A DNA stretch of 42,511 bases from a bacterium (GTDB lineage Bacteria; DUMJ01): contig JBMFMV010000008.1 in the NCBI GenBank assembly GCA_049970495.1, positions 1 through 42,511 on the forward strand. The letters are read 5' to 3'. The notes beneath the pieces were generated by a model. The model did no database searches, had not been told where the DNA came from, and saw nothing but the letters and a program-made list of their open reading frames with translations. Of this stretch, positions 37,252 through 42,511 are shown piece after piece; position 1 is the stretch's first letter; the number at the start of each line of letters is the position of its first letter. The translations under genes and the position numbers were made by a program.

Positions 37252-38188
37252 TATAGGAGTAATAGGCTATGGTTTTATAGGGAGGATTCACACTCAACAC
37301 TATATGAATAATGAAAATGTAGATAGTGTTATAGTAGCAGACCCTTTAGAGACAAATAGGAAGTCTGCAGAAAAGATAGGTCTTAGGACTTATGAAGACT
37401 TTGAATATATGCTAAATTCAAAAAGACTAGATGCGGTGAGTATATGTACCCCGCATAATACTCATAGAGATATAGCGTTGAAGGTTATGGATTTTAAGCT
37501 TCCTATATTATTGGAAAAACCTGTGGCTACGAGCAGAGAGGAGATAAAGGAAATTATTGAAAAATCAGAGAGGCTAAATATTAAGGTTATGGTTGCTCAT
37601 TCATTGAGATTTAGTGATACATTCAAGTTAGCAAAGAAACTAATAGACGATGGAGAGATAGGGAAAATTCTATTTATTATAGGGAAATATCTTGCATTTA
37701 AAGATTACAACAAATATCCAAGATGGAAAACTACCAAGAAAGAATCTTGGGGAGGGACACTCTTTAGAGATGGAATTCATATAGTAGATGCGATAGTCTG
37801 GTTCTCTGGTAGGAGAGTATCGTCAGCAAAAGGACTTCCCCTTAATTTACTCTTTGATACTGAGGTAGAGGATACGTTCTTAGGGATTATTAACTTCCAA
37901 GATGGTAGTATTGCTCAGCTGTCTATGAGTAGCATATCCAAAGGTTTTGAACAGATAGGATTAGAGGTATATGGCACAAGAGGTTCTTTGAAAGTTACCA
38001 ATGATGAACTTATACTCTACAAGGAAGAAGAAATACCAAGATATATAAAGCCGGCTATAGGACCTTCAAATTTCTGGAAGAATCAGATAGACCATTTTGT
38101 AGATTGTATAATAAACAATAGAGAACCACTAGTAACACTTAGAGAAGCAGAAAAGACAATGGAGACAATATTTATGCTATATGGGTAG
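37244..38188 (+). CDS. Gfo/Idh/MocA family oxidoreductase (copy 2)
   Basis: VIGYGFIG, ICTPHNTH, LEKP, GGTLFRDGIH; ATG 37244 follows AGGGAG. Confidence 0.9.
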   Translation: MLNIGVIGYGFIGRIHTQHYMNNENVDSVIVADPLETNRKSAEKIGLRTYEDFEYMLNSKRLDAVSICTPHNTHRDIALKVMDFKLPILLEKPVATSREEIKEIIEKSERLNIKVMVAHSLRFSDTFKLAKKLIDDGEIGKILFIIGKYLAFKDYNKYPRWKTTKKESWGGTLFRDGIHIVDAIVWFSGRRVSSAKGLPLNLLFDTEVEDTFLGIINFQDGSIAQLSMSSISKGFEQIGLEVYGTRGSLKVTNDELILYKEEEIPRYIKPAIGPSNFWKNQIDHFVDCIINNREPLVTLREAEKTMETIFMLYG

Positions 38189-38252
38189 TAACCCTTGGCT
38201 TAAGTGTGATTATCTTTTAGAATTAGGTGATAGCTCAGGATTATAAGTATAT

Positions 38253-38282
38253 TTGCCTTTTATAGTAAATTTATGATACAAT
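38253..38282 (+). promoter_or_regulatory. parAB promoter
   Basis: TTGCCT (38253-38258), 18 nt, TACAAT (38277-38282) with extended TG. Confidence 0.55.
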
Positions 38283-38287
38283 CTTTT

Positions 38288-38330
38288 AAGATTATGGGAT
38301 GTTTCACGTGAAACATAGAAGATTATGGGA
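38288..38330 (+). repeat. 12-bp direct repeat AAGATTATGGGA flanking parS
   Basis: Identical copies at 38288-38299 and 38319-38330. Confidence 0.9.
38300..38315. promoter_or_regulatory. parS: parS centromere site
   Basis: Perfect palindrome TGTTTCACGTGAAACA, the chromosomal parS consensus, 9 nt before the parA ATG. Confidence 0.95.
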
Positions 38331-39098
38331 AAGATAATTGCAGTAGCTAATCAAAAAGGCGGAGTAGGAAAGACTACTACAGTAATAAATTTAGGATTTG
38401 CACTCTCAGAGTTAGGGAAGAAGGTCCTTTTAGTTGATGCAGACCCTCAAGGGAATACAACTAGTGGGGTTAGTAGAGAAAGAAATATAAAGCCAAGTCT
38501 ATATGAGACTTTAATTTATGATGTCCCTGTAAGAGATATAGTATATCCTCTGAGAGATGGAGGTAGTTCTATAAGAGATAATATAGACCTCATACCCTCT
38601 CACTTAGACCTAGCTGGGGTAGAGGTGGAGTTGGTATCAGCTTTCTTGAGAGAATTGAGATTAAAAAACGTCTTAGATCCTATAAGAGATGAGTATGATT
38701 ACATCTTTATAGATTGTCCCCCTTCTCTCGGTTTACTCACTATAAATGCTCTTTCTGCTTCAGAGTATATACTAATCCCTCTACAGTGCGAGTATTATGC
38801 TCTAGAAGGCATATCTCAGTTACTAAGGACTATAGATCTTATCAAGAAGGGATTGAATCCTAAATTAGAGATTCTTGGAGTACTTCTAACTATGTATAAT
38901 AGGACAATTCTAGCCCAACAGGTATTAGAAGAAGCAAAAAGGTTCTTTGAAGATAAGGTGTTTAGTACTGTAATCCCGAGGAACGTAAGATTAAGTGAAG
39001 CTCCTAGTTTTTCTCAGTCTATCTTTGAGTATGCCAATAATTCATCTGGAGCTATTGCCTACAGGGAGCTTGCAAAGGAGTTGATACAGAATAAGTAG
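38325..39098 (+). CDS. parA: Chromosome partitioning ATPase ParA/Soj
   Basis: NQKGGVGKTTT, VDADPQGN, IDCPPSLG, QCEYYALEG, IPRNVRLSEAPS. Confidence 0.97.
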   Translation: MGKIIAVANQKGGVGKTTTVINLGFALSELGKKVLLVDADPQGNTTSGVSRERNIKPSLYETLIYDVPVRDIVYPLRDGGSSIRDNIDLIPSHLDLAGVEVELVSAFLRELRLKNVLDPIRDEYDYIFIDCPPSLGLLTINALSASEYILIPLQCEYYALEGISQLLRTIDLIKKGLNPKLEILGVLLTMYNRTILAQQVLEEAKRFFEDKVFSTVIPRNVRLSEAPSFSQSIFEYANNSSGAIAYRELAKELIQNK

Positions 39099-39099
39099 T

Positions 39100-39903
39100 A
39101 TGAAAAGGTTGGGTAGGGGGCTATCTGCACTAATTCCATCTGAAGAAAAGGGTTCTATTCAAGAGATAGATATAGAGGATATCGTTACTAATCCAAATCA
39201 GCCTAGGGAATGTATAGATGAAGAAAATATTCGAGAATTGGCAGAGTCGATAAGAAGGAAGGGTATTCTCCAACCGATACTGATAAGGAGAAGGGAGGAT
39301 AAATATGAGATAATTGCCGGAGAGAGGAGATTTCAGTCTGCAATATTGGCTGGGCTGAATAAAATCCCAGCCATAATAATAGATGCTGATGACCAGGAGG
39401 CTTATGAGATATCTCTAGTAGAGAATATCCAGAGAGAAGACTTAAATCCAATAGAAAAGGCAAAGGCTTTTCAGAATTATATAGAGAGGTATAAAGTGAC
39501 TCATGAGGAGTTAGCTGAAAGGTTGGGTATTAGCAGATCGGAGATAACCAATCTTTTAAGACTCCTACAACTTCCTTTAGAACTTCAAGAGGAGGTAAGA
39601 AAAGGTAATCTGACATATGGGCATGCTAGAGCCCTCTTAAGTTTAGAAGACGGTGAGCTTCAAAAGAGATTAGCTCAGAAGGTTATAAAAGAGAAGCTTT
39701 CTGTTAGAGATACAGAAGAGATAGTGAGGGAAAATAGTAATAGGGTCAAGATACCAGAGATAGAGATGTTAGAGGAAAGATTACAGATTTATCTTGAGAC
39801 TAGAGTAAAAATACAGCCTAAGGCTCCGGATAGAGGAAGGATAACGATAGAGTATAAGAGCTTAGAAGAGTTAAAAAGAATAGTGGAAAAATTTTTGATG
39901 TAA
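39100..39903 (+). CDS. parB: Chromosome partitioning protein ParB/Spo0J
   Basis: LGRGLSAL, NPNQPR, GILQP, IAGERR, ENIQREDLNPIE, HTH, GHARAL. Confidence 0.97.
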   Translation: MKRLGRGLSALIPSEEKGSIQEIDIEDIVTNPNQPRECIDEENIRELAESIRRKGILQPILIRRREDKYEIIAGERRFQSAILAGLNKIPAIIIDADDQEAYEISLVENIQREDLNPIEKAKAFQNYIERYKVTHEELAERLGISRSEITNLLRLLQLPLELQEEVRKGNLTYGHARALLSLEDGELQKRLAQKVIKEKLSVRDTEEIVRENSNRVKIPEIEMLEERLQIYLETRVKIQPKAPDRGRITIEYKSLEELKRIVEKFLM

Positions 39904-39906
39904 AGA

Positions 39907-40746
39907 TTATACCCTTCTGCCATACATCCTTGGGTCTAATGCATCTCTTAATCCGTCAGCAACAAAGTTGAAGCATAGAACAGTTATTGCTAGAGATAGG
40001 GTGGGAAAGAATCCTATATACCAGTAACCTTGAAGATAACCTAGACTCTCCTGTATCATCTTCCCCCAACTTGGCATAGGGTCACTAATACCAAAGCCAA
40101 GGAAACTTAAAGATGCCTCTCCAAATATAGCCTGAGGAATTCCTAATCCTATCATAACTATTATAGGTCTTACAATATTTGGGAATATAGTCTTAAACAG
40201 TATATAAGAATTAGAAGCACCTAAAGCCTCTGCTGCCTCTACAAAGGTCTCGCTTTTTATCTCTAAAGTTTTTGCTCTTGTTACTCTACAGATCCCAACC
40301 CAGCTAGTAACTCCTAGGGCTATAATTATATTCAATAAGCCGTTTCCCAACCAGACCATAAGGAATATGGCAAATAGTAGACTAGGAAAGGCGGTCATAA
40401 CTTCTACTAGTCTAGAGATCCAGTAATCAACCCTTCCACCATAAAAACCAGCTAAAAGACCTAGTGGAACACCAATTCCAACCGCAATGAACTGTACGGA
40501 AAATCCTACAATAAGGGATGTCCTTGCTCCATAGATGATACGGGTCATTAAGTCTCTACCAATGCTATCAGTTCCAAATGGATGTTTAATTGATGGTGGC
40601 TGTAAGAAGCTTAATAGGTCGATCTCATCATACCTATATGGAGAGATTACATCAGCTAATATTGCAACGACTATAATAATAGAGATGACAAAAAATCCAA
40701 AAACTGCAAGCTTATTCTTTTTATAGACTCTTATTACATCTCTCAT
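39907..40746 (-). CDS. oppC: Opp/Dpp-family ABC transporter permease (C type)
   Basis: HPFGTDSIGRD, GARTSL, FVEAAEALGAS (EAA loop), LSFLG, PSWG, DGLRDALDP. Confidence 0.9.
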   Translation of the reverse strand: MRDVIRVYKKNKLAVFGFFVISIIIVVAILADVISPYRYDEIDLLSFLQPPSIKHPFGTDSIGRDLMTRIIYGARTSLIVGFSVQFIAVGIGVPLGLLAGFYGGRVDYWISRLVEVMTAFPSLLFAIFLMVWLGNGLLNIIIALGVTSWVGICRVTRAKTLEIKSETFVEAAEALGASNSYILFKTIFPNIVRPIIVMIGLGIPQAIFGEASLSFLGFGISDPMPSWGKMIQESLGYLQGYWYIGFFPTLSLAITVLCFNFVADGLRDALDPRMYGRRV

Positions 40747-40758
40747 ACATCTTACTCC

Positions 40759-41679
40759 TTATGTAAAGGTAATTCTTGGATCTATAAACGCGTATATAAT
40801 GTCAGTAACTAAGTATGTTATTCCCCAAAGGACTGCTATTAGAAGTATCATTGCAACAATCATAGGGTAGTCTCTGTTAAAAGCACTGGTGTAAAAGAAC
40901 TTGCCAAGTCCAGGCACCCTAAATGTAACCTCTATGAATACAGAACCTGTAGCCAAGTCTGGTATCATAGGTCCAAGGAGTGTTATTATTGGAACTAAGG
41001 CATTCCTAAACACATGTTTAAATATGACTGTTCTTTCTGGAAGCCCTTTAGCCCTTGCAGTTCTAACGTAATCTTTTCTTAGCTCTTCCAGAAAGTTTAC
41101 CTTTACAAATCTAGCTATAACCGCTGTTGGAGCTAAAAAATAGGATAAAACAGGGAGGACGAGGTGCTTTGGTTCACCCCATCCTCCTGTAGGAAGCCAT
41201 CTTAGAGTTACGCTAAAAATTAACATCAACCATATAGCTATAACAAAGTTAGGGACAGTAGTCCCTAGAGTGGCGATAGTGGTTACTAGATAATCAATCC
41301 AAGTATTCTGTCTTAAGGCTGATAGGATACCTAGAAGAATCCCTATAGTAAAAGAGAGTACTATGGTAATTGCCCCTATCTGCAATGTCACGGGCCAGAC
41401 CCTTGCTATAAGAGATGTTACAGTCTCTGTGGGACTTTGGAAAGGCACACCAAAATCCCCATGTAGAGCTCTCCATATGTATCTTATATACTGTTCCCAG
41501 ACTGGTTTATCGAGCCCATACTTTTTTAGAATCTGAGCCTTTACTTCTGCAGGAAGTGGCATCTTAAGCTCGTCAAAAGGTCCGCCAGGGATAGCATGCA
41601 TAAGAAAGAAGGTTATTAATGATGCCAAGAATATGACAATAACTAGTCCTAGGATTCTTCTAATTATGTATCCTATCAT
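40759..41679 (-). CDS. oppB: Opp/Dpp-family ABC transporter permease (B type)
   Basis: YIIRR, IPGGPF, YGLDKP, DYVRTARAKGL, HVFRNA, NRDYP, DPRI. Confidence 0.9.
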   Translation of the reverse strand: MIGYIIRRILGLVIVIFLASLITFFLMHAIPGGPFDELKMPLPAEVKAQILKKYGLDKPVWEQYIRYIWRALHGDFGVPFQSPTETVTSLIARVWPVTLQIGAITIVLSFTIGILLGILSALRQNTWIDYLVTTIATLGTTVPNFVIAIWLMLIFSVTLRWLPTGGWGEPKHLVLPVLSYFLAPTAVIARFVKVNFLEELRKDYVRTARAKGLPERTVIFKHVFRNALVPIITLLGPMIPDLATGSVFIEVTFRVPGLGKFFYTSAFNRDYPMIVAMILLIAVLWGITYLVTDIIYAFIDPRITFT

Positions 41680-41688
41680 AATCTATTC

Positions 41689-42511
41689 TTACTTCCTGTA
41701 CTTTAATACATCTTTAGATATATAGATGCTGAATATGGTTGTACCTACACCCTCTATGCCAGGCCAATGTAGAGCAGTTATACCATATTTATCGGGCTCA
41801 AGGTCTTTACCCTTTACATATGGTTTCCATAGAGCACCTGGTGTTTGATGCCAGAGGAATATACCACCAACATCCTCTACTAGAATTTTTTCTGCCTCTT
41901 TAAACATTTCGTCTCTCTTCTTTTTATCAAGTAGTGCAGAGGCTTCTTTTACAAGTTTGTCAAATCTCTCATTTTTCCAAGCGTGTCTACCTGTAGATAC
42001 CCATATACCTAGCATATTAGATTGGTCTAGATAGTCCATTCCATAGGAGACTAGATAGAACTGAAGTTTATGGGCATTAAGAGCATCCATAAATGTCTTT
42101 GTCTCTTTCACTGTAATCTTAACATCAATACCTAGATTCTTTTTCAGCATAGCGCCTATGGCGTTAGCAGCAGCAACTACCGTTGGAGATGCAAGGTCTG
42201 ACCTAACCCACATATCCAATACGGGGAATCCTTTCCCATCTGGATAACCTGCCTCTGCAAGAAGTTTTTTTGCTAATTCTGGATTATAGGTATAGATATT
42301 TTTTAGACCTTCTGGATTTGCACCAGGAAAACCTGGCATCAAAAATCCGTAAGCTACAATACCCTGCTTCTTTATTATTGTATTTACTATAGCCTCTTTA
42401 TCAATGGCGTACGCAAATGCCTTTCTGACCCTGAGGTCGTTAAATGGTGGATTATAGCAGTCAAATCCTAGATAGAATGTCCTAAAGTCTCCAAACCCTT
42501 GATGGAATTGC
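41689..42511 (-). CDS. Opp/Dpp-family substrate-binding protein, 5' truncated by the window
   Basis: Frame is open to the window edge (..PPFNDLRVRKAFAYAIDKEAIV..); YNPELAKKLLAEAGYPDG. Confidence 0.88.
   Translation of the reverse strand, partial: QFHQGFGDFRTFYLGFDCYNPPFNDLRVRKAFAYAIDKEAIVNTIIKKQGIVAYGFLMPGFPGANPEGLKNIYTYNPELAKKLLAEAGYPDGKGFPVLDMWVRSDLASPTVVAAANAIGAMLKKNLGIDVKITVKETKTFMDALNAHKLQFYLVSYGMDYLDQSNMLGIWVSTGRHAWKNERFDKLVKEASALLDKKKRDEMFKEAEKILVEDVGGIFLWHQTPGALWKPYVKGKDLEPDKYGITALHWPGIEGVGTTIFSIYISKDVLKYRK

Noticed and set aside
1116..41476. Short ORFs in the track that overlap long genes (e.g. 1116-1445, 7034-7354, 10621-10938, 12854-13201, 18846-19193, 24718-25083, 26118-26513, 35484-35792)
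   Set aside because: Antisense or off-frame shadows of well-supported genes; no motifs, and composition reflects the opposite strand.
1..42511. CRISPR array, rRNA, prophage, defence system, riboswitch
   Set aside because: No periodic repeats, no long GC-rich RNA-like tract apart from the tRNA, no relevant protein motifs; intergenic gaps are short and otherwise explained.

Overview
Low-GC (roughly mid-30s % by eye), gene-dense bacterial chromosome segment. Codon usage is rich in AGA/AGG and ATA, typical of thermophilic anaerobes; Dictyoglomota-like is my guess only. Left half is mostly housekeeping: glmM (5' truncated), accD, accA, an antisense tRNA-Leu(CAA) overlapping the accA 3' end, polA, purD, purB, an IS256-like relic, an exported hypothetical, rqcH, gmk-pilB-pilT-pilC-birA-hypothetical, and a wHTH regulator + radical SAM + cupin operon (candidate membrane-lipid-modifying module). 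The middle holds a flippase-like gene and acpS-anmK-orphan 2-oxoacid oxidoreductase gamma-M20 peptidase-VOC-PL22-like lyase. From 25.6 to 38.2 kb a divergent 12-gene locus carries two DegT aminotransferases, two Gfo/Idh/MocA oxidoreductases, two unclassified glycoside hydrolases, an M55 D-aminopeptidase, an active/degenerate amidohydrolase pair, a sugar isomerase/epimerase, a flavin reductase and an MFS with an apparent ATA start, but no nucleotidyl- or glycosyltransferase. This is the best candidate for an undescribed pathway (catabolism of N-acylated rare amino sugars). The right end has a perfect parS inside a 12-bp direct repeat in the parAB leader, then a convergent Opp/Dpp ABC transporter (truncated). 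All calls come from motif recognition; no searches were run.
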